Assembly (NCBI GenBank): GCA_044226485.1 | Contig: JBGAGY010000006.1 | Location: forward strand, 253,941-317,940 | Direction: 5' to 3' | Source: Anaerolineales bacterium | Lineage (GTDB): Bacteria > Chloroflexota > Anaerolineae > Anaerolineales > UBA6663 | DNA length: 64,000 nt | In this document: piece by piece, positions 39,487 to 47,191 of the stretch | Numbering within the stretch: position 1 is the stretch's first letter | Layout: every line of letters starts with the position of its first letter | The notes under the pieces: generated by a model | The model's input: the letters and a program-made list of their open reading frames with translations, nothing else | The model's database searches: none | Told to the model about the DNA's origin: nothing | Translations under genes and position numbers: made by a program

Positions 39487-39543
39487 CGAACGACGACGGA
39501 GAATAACGAAGGTTGGCTGATCGCCAACCTTCGTTCGTTATTC
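39487..39543 (+). terminator. long imperfect hairpin terminator after the xer-type gene (CGAAGG hairpin family)
   Basis: gaataacgaaggttggc tgatc gccaaccttcg(ttcg)ttattc. Confidence 0.55.
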
Positions 39544-40783
39544 AGCATCGCAGCCTGACGTCGCCGGAGTCGTGGTCGAAGACTCGATCGAGCCAGTCGA
39601 AGACCACGGCGTGGGCGAGGCGCAGGTTGTTGAGCTGGCAATGACCATCGGCGCCCTCAGCGTCGGTGAACTCACGAAGGGTCACGTCGACGCCGCGTCG
39701 CTTGAAGTCATCGTAGAGCGCGAGAGTCTGCCGGCGCAATTCAGGGCCTTCGCCCTCGCTGAGGAGGAGCAGCGTCGGGATCGTGACGTTCGAGCAGTCC
39801 ACGACCTCGGCCTGATCAAGGACACCCTGGGCCGCGCTCTTGAAATCGGCAGTGCCGAACTGCCAGGCATACTTGTCGAGGTTCACGGCCGCGATCGCGT
39901 TGACGGATCCGACCAGCCGCAGCAGGGTGTTGAGTGCCCAGCCGGGCGAGGCCAGGGCGCGCCCAAATTCGCGCGTGAACACAGCCTGCATGTCGAGGAT
40001 CGGTGTCGCTGCGACCCAGGCCTTGAGCCGCGGATCCGCGACCACGGCCTGCGCCGTGAAGTAACCGCCGCCGCTGACTCCATAGATGGCGATCTGCGTG
40101 GGCTGCGCCGCAGCGTTAGCCTCGAGCCAGTCGAGCGCCGCCCGGATCGGGGCCGCGCTATCCACCTGAAAGGTCAGGCCGTCGTCGGGCAGCAGGCCCT
40201 GGCCGGGCAGGTCGACCATCAGCACGTTGTAGCCGCGCTTCCAACCGGAATGGCCCGCGAAGTAATACAGATCCTCACGGAAGGTGTCGCCGCCGCCGAT
40301 CATCACGACAACCGGGCGCGAGGAGTCGTCGTGTTCGAGATAGTAGCCGGGCAGGGTGGTCGTTGTGTAGGGCACAGCGATGGCCCGGATGGGCACGCCG
40401 AGGCAGGCCACGCCGGCTTGAAAGGCGCGCTCCATGGCATGGGCAGAGGCTCCGTACTCCCGTAATCGCGGGCTGGTGAACTGAAGCGCGGCCCGATACG
40501 CATAGGCGACGCCGAGCCAGGCCTGGCCGGCCGCGACAGTGTGGCTTTGAGCCTGTAGCGCTTCGGCCTGCGCGATCAGGTCACCGGCCTGGCCGGTGAA
40601 CCCCGCTCGCCAGCCTTCGGGATCGCCATCCTTGACATTCCGCAGCGCGCGGAAGATCTGCGAGGTCGACAGCCCGAGAACCTGGCTGACACCGACGGCC
40701 CAGTTGAAGGCAAAGTCCATGTCGCCGTTGGTGAACCTGGTCGTGTGAGCCTGCCGGGTCAGGATGACGTCGTGGTTGTTCAT
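39542..40783 (-). CDS. alpha/beta hydrolase family protein
   Basis: GVSGGGY nucleophile elbow and a dienelactone-hydrolase/peptidase-like fold signature. No signal peptide seen. Confidence 0.65.
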   Translation of the reverse strand: MNNHDVILTRQAHTTRFTNGDMDFAFNWAVGVSQVLGLSTSQIFRALRNVKDGDPEGWRAGFTGQAGDLIAQAEALQAQSHTVAAGQAWLGVAYAYRAALQFTSPRLREYGASAHAMERAFQAGVACLGVPIRAIAVPYTTTTLPGYYLEHDDSSRPVVVMIGGGDTFREDLYYFAGHSGWKRGYNVLMVDLPGQGLLPDDGLTFQVDSAAPIRAALDWLEANAAAQPTQIAIYGVSGGGYFTAQAVVADPRLKAWVAATPILDMQAVFTREFGRALASPGWALNTLLRLVGSVNAIAAVNLDKYAWQFGTADFKSAAQGVLDQAEVVDCSNVTIPTLLLLSEGEGPELRRQTLALYDDFKRRGVDVTLREFTDAEGADGHCQLNNLRLAHAVVFDWLDRVFDHDSGDVRLRC

Positions 40784-40879
40784 GGTGGAGCTCCTCTCAA
40801 GCCAAGATCCTCATCGGCACGTTGATTACCGAACGCCGTGTTGATAAATGTCATGATATGCTCGCGGTGAACACGGTCA

Positions 40880-41578
40880 ATGCCCAAAGACGCGGTCGTG
40901 TTGAATAGTCGACAGGTGTCGAGGAACATGAGCACCACGGAACCGAAGGCCCGCAAACTTGATCGACGGACGGTCCGCACTCGCCGCGCGCTGCGCGATG
41001 CCCTGGTCGCCCTGATCATTGAGAAGGGCTACGAGGCCGTCACCGTTCAAGACATCACCGATCAGGCCGACCTCAACCGCGGCACGCTTTATCTGCACTA
41101 CCGTGACAAGCAGGATCTGCTGCTCAGGAGCAGCGGCGATGCCCACGAGGAGTTGATCGCGCAGTTCACGCCACTCGCGCCCGACAGCCTGAGCCTCGAG
41201 CATGCCGAGCGACACCTCACGCTCGTGTTCGAGCATGTGGCCGCGAACGCCGACTTCTACAGAGTCATGCTGGGCGAGCACGGGGTGGCCGTGTTCTCGA
41301 AACGACTGCGTGAGGTCGTGGCGCAGGTCGGGTTGGCACGTCTGGATCAGTTGAGCAGGCTCCGGCCCGTTCGAGCAGTAGCGCCCGATCTCATCGCCGG
41401 GTATGCCGGTGGCGCGATCATCGGCGTGATCGAATGGTGGTTGCAGCACAACTTTCCGATGCCGCCGGCGGTCGCGGCTCGCGAGACCCTTCGACTCTTC
41501 ATCAGCGGGGTCTACCCCACGCTCGGCCTTGAGGACCCGTGGTCAGACGACGAGTCGCCACGGCATCCGATGAAGTGA
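40880..41578 (+). CDS. TetR/AcrR-family transcriptional regulator
   Basis: N-terminal HTH (RRTVRTRRALRDALVALIIEKGYEAVTVQDITDQADLNRGTLYLHY). Alternative start at MSTTEP (40928). Divergent from the hydrolase. Confidence 0.75.
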   Translation: MPKDAVVLNSRQVSRNMSTTEPKARKLDRRTVRTRRALRDALVALIIEKGYEAVTVQDITDQADLNRGTLYLHYRDKQDLLLRSSGDAHEELIAQFTPLAPDSLSLEHAERHLTLVFEHVAANADFYRVMLGEHGVAVFSKRLREVVAQVGLARLDQLSRLRPVRAVAPDLIAGYAGGAIIGVIEWWLQHNFPMPPAVAARETLRLFISGVYPTLGLEDPWSDDESPRHPMK

Positions 41579-41668
41579 CTCGTTGGGCCCATCCCCTCGA
41601 ACGGCAGACGCGTTCTGGGCTCGTGTTATAGTGACCGCGTTACGAAACCCTCACGGAGCGTCGACATC

Positions 41669-42505
41669 ATGGATTCGTATTTGACTCGAGCCGAGTTCCA
41701 GGAAGCAGCCGATTACGTCCGCTCGCATACCCGCCATCAGCCGCGCGTCGGCATCGTGTTGGGGTCAGGCCTTGGCGCGCTGGCCGACTCTGTCGAAGAC
41801 GCCGACGTGCTCAACTGTTCCGAGATCCCGCACTGGCCGAAGTCGACAGTGGAAGGCCACGCGGGTCGTGTGCTGATCGGAAAGCTCGAAGGCCAGACGG
41901 TGCTCGTCCAACAGGGCAGGGCTCACTTCTACGAAGGCCACGACCTGCAACATGTGACGCTGCCGATCCGTGTCATGCAATTGCTGGGCATGGAGGCCGT
42001 CATCCTCACGAACGCGGCCGGCGCCATTCATCCGGATTACGTGCCCGGCGACGTCATGCTCATCACGGATCACATCAACTTCATGGGCATGGCGGGCTTC
42101 TCGCCTTTGCGTGGCCCCAACGACCCGACGCTCGGCCCGCGCTTCCCTGACATGAGCCGCACGTATGATCGCGGGCTGGGCGATCTGTCGCGCGAGGTCG
42201 CCCGCGAGTCCGGGTTCACGCTCCACGAGGGCGTCTACATCGGGCTCTCCGGCCCGACCTTCGAGTCGCCGGCCGATCTACGGTTCTTGAGGGCGGCCGG
42301 CGCCGATGCCGTCGGCATGTCCACGGTGCCGGAAGCCATCGTCGCCCACCATGGCGGCGTGCGCGTGCTCGGCTTCTCGGGCATCAGCAACAAGGCCAAC
42401 CTCGACGGCGCCACGATCACGACCCATCAGGAAGTGCTTGACGCCGGAAAGATCATCACGCCGCGCCTGACCACCCTGGTGCGTGGCGTGCTGCGGCGCC
42501 TATAG
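41669..42505 (+). CDS. punA: purine nucleoside phosphorylase (PNP/MTAP family, PunA-type)
   Basis: VLGSGLG phosphate-binding loop. GPTFESPAD and MSTVPE motifs of trimeric PNP. Confidence 0.8.
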   Translation: MDSYLTRAEFQEAADYVRSHTRHQPRVGIVLGSGLGALADSVEDADVLNCSEIPHWPKSTVEGHAGRVLIGKLEGQTVLVQQGRAHFYEGHDLQHVTLPIRVMQLLGMEAVILTNAAGAIHPDYVPGDVMLITDHINFMGMAGFSPLRGPNDPTLGPRFPDMSRTYDRGLGDLSREVARESGFTLHEGVYIGLSGPTFESPADLRFLRAAGADAVGMSTVPEAIVAHHGGVRVLGFSGISNKANLDGATITTHQEVLDAGKIITPRLTTLVRGVLRRL

Positions 42506-42518
42506 GAGCCGAGGGCTG

Positions 42519-43211
42519 ATGGATGCGCTGGTCAGTGCGCTCCTGGGCAGCCTCGAGTGGCTGGCCCGCTACGAGATCTACGTCTACGGGGTGATGGCGG
42601 TCGGCGCGGCCTGGTGCGTGTACGGAATCGTGCAGGCGGCACGCCGCCTCGAGGACACCCCCTTTGGCCTCGAACGGGCGGAGGCCGAACAGACGCGCAC
42701 GCAGGCGGTCGTCGGCTTGGCGGCGCTCGCAATATTGGCCGGCGGCCTTTTCTGGTCCACGCGCTACGGCATGCTGACGCTGTCGGGATCTGTCGTCATC
42801 CCGCCGACACCGACGCTCGTGCTGACCCCCACGCCGATCACGGATGGCGGCGCCATTGCCGTCGACTCGAGCGGCTGCAACGAGACCCTGATCATCAGCC
42901 AGCCCGCCGATGGCACCCTGATCAATACGACCTACGAGATCCTGGGCACTGTCAACACGCCGAACCTGGCGTTTTACAAGCTCGAGTTGAGCGGCGCCGC
43001 CACAAACGGCAACTGGGTGACGATCACGGTCAACACCACGCCGGTGATGAACGGCGTCCTCCTTCCGTCCTTCAGCCCGAACCCCTACACGCCCGGGAAC
43101 TACGCGATGCGGCTGATCGCCTTCGACAATGACGGCAACAGCGCGCCGCCCTGCGCCGTCGCGGTTTCGCTGGATCGCCCAGGCCAACCGACCGCGCCGC
43201 CGGTGCCGTAA
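42519..43211 (+). CDS. hypothetical membrane protein with two TM helices and an extracytoplasmic beta-sandwich-like domain
   Basis: Two hydrophobic helices followed by a Thr/Asn-rich domain (NTTYEILGTVNTPNLAFYKLELSGAATNGNW). Confidence 0.5.
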   Translation: MDALVSALLGSLEWLARYEIYVYGVMAVGAAWCVYGIVQAARRLEDTPFGLERAEAEQTRTQAVVGLAALAILAGGLFWSTRYGMLTLSGSVVIPPTPTLVLTPTPITDGGAIAVDSSGCNETLIISQPADGTLINTTYEILGTVNTPNLAFYKLELSGAATNGNWVTITVNTTPVMNGVLLPSFSPNPYTPGNYAMRLIAFDNDGNSAPPCAVAVSLDRPGQPTAPPVP

Positions 43212-43215
43212 TTCG

Positions 43216-43264
43216 AGGAGCGAAGGGCGAGGGGCGAGGGGTGAGGAGCGAAGGGCGAGCGCAG
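43216..43264. repeat. homopurine-rich tandem heptamer repeat (GARGRGY x7)
   Basis: gaggagc gaagggc gaggggc gaggggt gaggagc gaagggc gagcgca lies between the membrane-protein stop and the GNAT start. Confidence 0.6.
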
Positions 43265-43339
43265 CGCGCCAGAGCCCTGTCGGGTTCGGTCCTCGACGAT
43301 GCTATTTGCGCCAACGCGAATTTGGTCTATAAACACCGT

Positions 43340-43879
43340 ATGCCCCAACTACATGTCAGGCCGGCGCAGACCACGGATCTTCCGGCCATTCTGGCGATCG
43401 ACCCGACCTACAGCACCGACTACGTGTGGCAGATGGAGGCCCGCGAAGAAGGCCCCACCACGCAGATCACGTTCCGCAACGTGCGCTTGCCCAGGTCGGT
43501 GCGGGTCAGCCTGCCGCGAGATGCGGCGCATCTCCAGGACGCGTGGGCGCAGCGCGTCTGCTTCCTGGTGGCCGAAGAGGGTGGCCAGGTGCAGGGCTAC
43601 CTGAACCTGACGCTGGCGACCATGCCGGCGACCGGGTGGATCGCTGATCTGGGTGTGGTCCAACGCGTGCGTCGCACAGGTGTCGGCACGGTCTTGCTGG
43701 CTTCGGCCGTCCAGTGGGCACGCGCCAACGGCCTGCAGCGCCTGGTCCTCGAGATGCAATCGAAGAACTACCCCGGCATCTGCTTTGCTCAAAAGAACGG
43801 GTTGACTTTCTGCGGATACAACGATCGCTACTACCCCAATCAAGATGTCGCCTTGTACTTCGCGGCGACGCTGAAGTGA
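43340..43879 (+). CDS. GNAT-family N-acetyltransferase
   Basis: Acetyl-CoA motif A-like QRVRRTGVGTVLL. Start set at MPQLHVRPAQ. Confidence 0.7.
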   Translation: MPQLHVRPAQTTDLPAILAIDPTYSTDYVWQMEAREEGPTTQITFRNVRLPRSVRVSLPRDAAHLQDAWAQRVCFLVAEEGGQVQGYLNLTLATMPATGWIADLGVVQRVRRTGVGTVLLASAVQWARANGLQRLVLEMQSKNYPGICFAQKNGLTFCGYNDRYYPNQDVALYFAATLK

Positions 43880-44029
43880 GGCCGCGGAGCGTCTGAGCGC
43901 CGACGGATTCATGAAGGCCCTTGACGAAGGTTGAGTGGCCATTCGCCCCCGAGCACTCGTCCTTCGCGAATCGTCGGAGCTTCGACGTGCCAGGCTCCCG
44001 ATCTGCGCTCCGCAAGTACAATTCTCCAC

Positions 44030-45985
44030 ATGTCGACCGCCGTTACCGTGCTTCAGACCCTGAGCCAGATCCTGGCCTCAGGGATCGTGATCACGTCGTT
44101 TTCGCTGCTCCTGTATGCCCTGACGTTCAACCTGCGCGAGCGCGTCGCCCGTGCTTTCGCTGTGTTGACGGCGCTTGTCACCGCCGTGTACTTCTGCGAC
44201 GTCCTGATCAGCACGCTCGGGAACCCGAGCAGCGTGCTGTTCTGGCTGCGTCTGCAGTGGACGGGCATCGCCTTCGTTCCGGCGGCGTTTCTGCATTTTT
44301 CGGACGCTGTGTTGGCGAGCACGGGCCGGCCCTCGCGGGGCCGACGGCGCCTTGCGATCCGAGTGTTGTACGTGGCTGCGGGCGCTTTCTGGATCCTGGT
44401 ACTGAGTTCCAATTGGATCGTGGGCGGCACCGAAAACACACCGGTGCCGCATCTGACGGCCGAGACGGGCTTCTGGGCTTTTCTGGTGCAGGGCGCGTTC
44501 GCCATCGGCTGGGCGGCCTGGAACTTCTGGCGGGCCTTTGGGCGCGCCCAGACGGCCACCACACGCCGACGCATGCGCTATCTCATCGCATCGGCCGCCG
44601 CGCCGCTGGTCGGCACGTTCCCGTTCGTATTGCTCGTCGGCCAGGAGGCGTCCCTCCACGCGTTGACGTTCTGGACGCTGGTCATCATCTCAAACCTGAT
44701 CGTCAGCGCATTGCTTTTGGCGATGGCGTATACCGTTGCCTACTATGGCGTGACGCTGCCGGACCGAGTGGTCAAAGCCCGGTTCTTCCAATGGTTCTTG
44801 CGCGGGCCTGTGGTGGCGTCGTCGGTGCTGGCCGTTTACGTGCTGGTGAGCCGTTTTGGGCCGAGCCTTCCTTACTACGACACCCGCGTCCTCCCGTTTC
44901 TCTTGATCGGCTCGTTGCTGCTTTTGCAGTTCTTCATCACGCTCGTACGGTTGCCGATCGAACGCCGCTTCTTCTATGGCACCGGCCGCGACGAGTTGCG
45001 TCGGCTTGTCACGCTCGAGGAGCGTCTGCTCACGACTCAGGACTTGCGCCAGTTCTTCGAGTCAGTTCTGGCGAACCTCAGCGACAGCCTCGGCACGCCT
45101 GGCGCGTTTCTGATCGCCTTCGACGAAGCCGGGCACGTGGCCTATGAAGTCGTCGTCGGCGCGCCGCGCCCCGAGCCCACGCTGCCGCCCCTCGACAAAC
45201 TGCGCGCCGTGCGGCTCGTGATGGCAGGCACCGAGCGCGAGTTGTTCGCCGACGGCAACGGCGGGTGGGGGGCGTTCGTGTGGGGCGCGAGCTGGCTCGT
45301 GCCGTTGTACGGACCTAACGGCCATGGGCGCCCGCTCGGCCTCGTCGGTGTCGCCACGCCGCAGGAACCGGGCGAGGTCGTCAGCCTCAGCCCCGAGGAG
45401 AGCGAGGTCCTGCAGCGCCTTGTCAAACGCGCGGCGACGGCGCTCGAAGACCGGCGGCTTCAGCTTGAGGTGTTCGAAGCGCTCGATCGCCTTCTGCCCG
45501 AAATGGAAACCGTGCAGCGCCTGCGCGCATCAGCCTACGCCGACGTCCGCAACATGGAGGGCGTCGGCATGACGGATGGGCAGGAGCTGCCGCAGCTGGT
45601 GCGCGATGCGCTGCGCGACTACGCGATCGGCCCGCGCCTGAACCAGAGTCCGTTGCTGCGGCTCAGGGTCGTTGAACAGGCCATGGTCGACCATGATGGA
45701 AATGCGACGCAGGCGCTGCGTTCGGTGCTGCGCCAGGCCATCGAGCGCATCCGACCTGAAGGTCAACGCAAGACCACTGGCGAGTGGCTCCTCTATAACA
45801 TCCTCGAGATGAAGTTCCTGCAGGGCCAGAAAGTGCGTGATATCGCCATGCGCCTGGCTGTTAGTGAGGCCGACTTCTATCGCAAGCAGCGCCTCGCGCT
45901 CGAGGAAGCCGCAGCCGCAATCGCTCAGATGGAGCGTGAGGCCCGCGCGGCCGCCGACGAAGTACGCGCGCCGAATCCCCTGTAA
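44030..45985 (+). CDS. membrane-anchored putative transcriptional regulator: N-terminal 7-TM sensor-like domain, central GAF-like domain, C-terminal sigma-70 region-4/LuxR-like HTH
   Basis: Seven hydrophobic segments in the first ~330 aa resembling histidine-kinase 7TM receptors. C-terminal EWLLYNILEMKFLQGQKVRDIAMRLAVSEADFYRKQRLALEEA resembles an HTH. Confidence 0.55.
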   Translation: MSTAVTVLQTLSQILASGIVITSFSLLLYALTFNLRERVARAFAVLTALVTAVYFCDVLISTLGNPSSVLFWLRLQWTGIAFVPAAFLHFSDAVLASTGRPSRGRRRLAIRVLYVAAGAFWILVLSSNWIVGGTENTPVPHLTAETGFWAFLVQGAFAIGWAAWNFWRAFGRAQTATTRRRMRYLIASAAAPLVGTFPFVLLVGQEASLHALTFWTLVIISNLIVSALLLAMAYTVAYYGVTLPDRVVKARFFQWFLRGPVVASSVLAVYVLVSRFGPSLPYYDTRVLPFLLIGSLLLLQFFITLVRLPIERRFFYGTGRDELRRLVTLEERLLTTQDLRQFFESVLANLSDSLGTPGAFLIAFDEAGHVAYEVVVGAPRPEPTLPPLDKLRAVRLVMAGTERELFADGNGGWGAFVWGASWLVPLYGPNGHGRPLGLVGVATPQEPGEVVSLSPEESEVLQRLVKRAATALEDRRLQLEVFEALDRLLPEMETVQRLRASAYADVRNMEGVGMTDGQELPQLVRDALRDYAIGPRLNQSPLLRLRVVEQAMVDHDGNATQALRSVLRQAIERIRPEGQRKTTGEWLLYNILEMKFLQGQKVRDIAMRLAVSEADFYRKQRLALEEAAAAIAQMEREARAAADEVRAPNPL

Positions 45986-46099
45986 TGTCGCTATTTTAGT
46001 CGGTGGTCTTCGACAATAAACATTCGCTTGTCCAAGGATGCCGCTTGCGTGCCCAGTTGAATCTGAGTATGCTTCGCGCGACTCCTATAAGAGGTGTGT

Positions 46100-47041
46100 A
46101 TGCCGGACGAGCGAAGGACCGAGGTCCAGGGGGCGGAGCTCGTGGACGAAGGCTGGTGGCAGTCGGTACTGGCGGAAGACACAAGTCGCGGTAGCGCACC
46201 TCCCTCTGCGCCCATCGAAACGAACGATCCCGAAGCGGATTGGGCGTACGCTCACCGTCTCCACGAAGACGACGAACCCGTCGAACTCCTTGTCACAGGT
46301 TTCAACCGAGGCGGCCTGCTCGTCGGGCTGCGATCCCTGCGCGGGTTCGTCCCCGCCTCCCATCTCGTCGATCTCCCGACTCATCTCAACGATGAAGAAC
46401 GCCGGGCCGCTCTGGCCGCTCGCACGGGTCAGCGCCTGCTGCTCAAGGTCATCGAGTACGATCGGACCAAGGGCCGCGTCGTGTTGTCGCAACGGGCGGC
46501 ATTGGCGTCGCCAGGGTCGCGCACCGCGTTGCTCGATCGGCTGGCGCCCGGCCAGGTTGTGACCGGGCTCGTCACCAACCTCACGGACTTCGGAGTCTTC
46601 GTGGACCTTGGCGGGCTCGAAGGGCTTGTCCACGTCTCTGAAGTTTCGTGGAGCCGGGTCAACCACCCGCGAGACGTCCTCCAGATCAACGACACCATCG
46701 AAGTCCAGGTGCTCTCGATCGATCGCGATCAGGCGCGGGTCGCGCTCAGCCTCAAGCGCTGCCGCCCGGATCCCTGGAAAACAGTCGCCGAGCGCTACGC
46801 CATCGGCCAGGTCGTGTCTGGCAAGATCACGAACGTCGTCAACTTCGGCGCGTTCATTTCGGTCGAAGACGGGCTCGAGGGCCTGATCCATGTGTCCGAG
46901 CTGGCTGAGGGTCACTTCCTTCATCCGCGCAACGTCGTCCAGGAGGGCGAGACGGTGCGGGCTCGCATCTTACACATCGACCCGCCGAACCGCCGCTTGA
47001 GCCTGAGCCTGCGACAACCCACCGAGAACGGCGAGGCCTGA
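46100..47041 (+). CDS. S1 RNA-binding domain protein (three S1 repeats; ribosomal protein S1-like)
   Basis: AAGAGG SD 5 nt upstream of the ATG. Three repeats of the G.V..GxV......FGAFV...G..GLxHxSE type. Confidence 0.75.
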   Translation: MPDERRTEVQGAELVDEGWWQSVLAEDTSRGSAPPSAPIETNDPEADWAYAHRLHEDDEPVELLVTGFNRGGLLVGLRSLRGFVPASHLVDLPTHLNDEERRAALAARTGQRLLLKVIEYDRTKGRVVLSQRAALASPGSRTALLDRLAPGQVVTGLVTNLTDFGVFVDLGGLEGLVHVSEVSWSRVNHPRDVLQINDTIEVQVLSIDRDQARVALSLKRCRPDPWKTVAERYAIGQVVSGKITNVVNFGAFISVEDGLEGLIHVSELAEGHFLHPRNVVQEGETVRARILHIDPPNRRLSLSLRQPTENGEA

Positions 47042-47191
47042 GCTCACCGCGTCAGCCGACCCGCCCCATCTGGGGCGCCCTCTGGCGGCCGATCTCTCGA
47101 TTCCGCCTGGATTTGCCTCTGCTTCAATTCGGTGTATAACCAGATCAACGCTGTTGACATTCAATCGCAGCGCCAGGAAGCGGGTGCCGGC

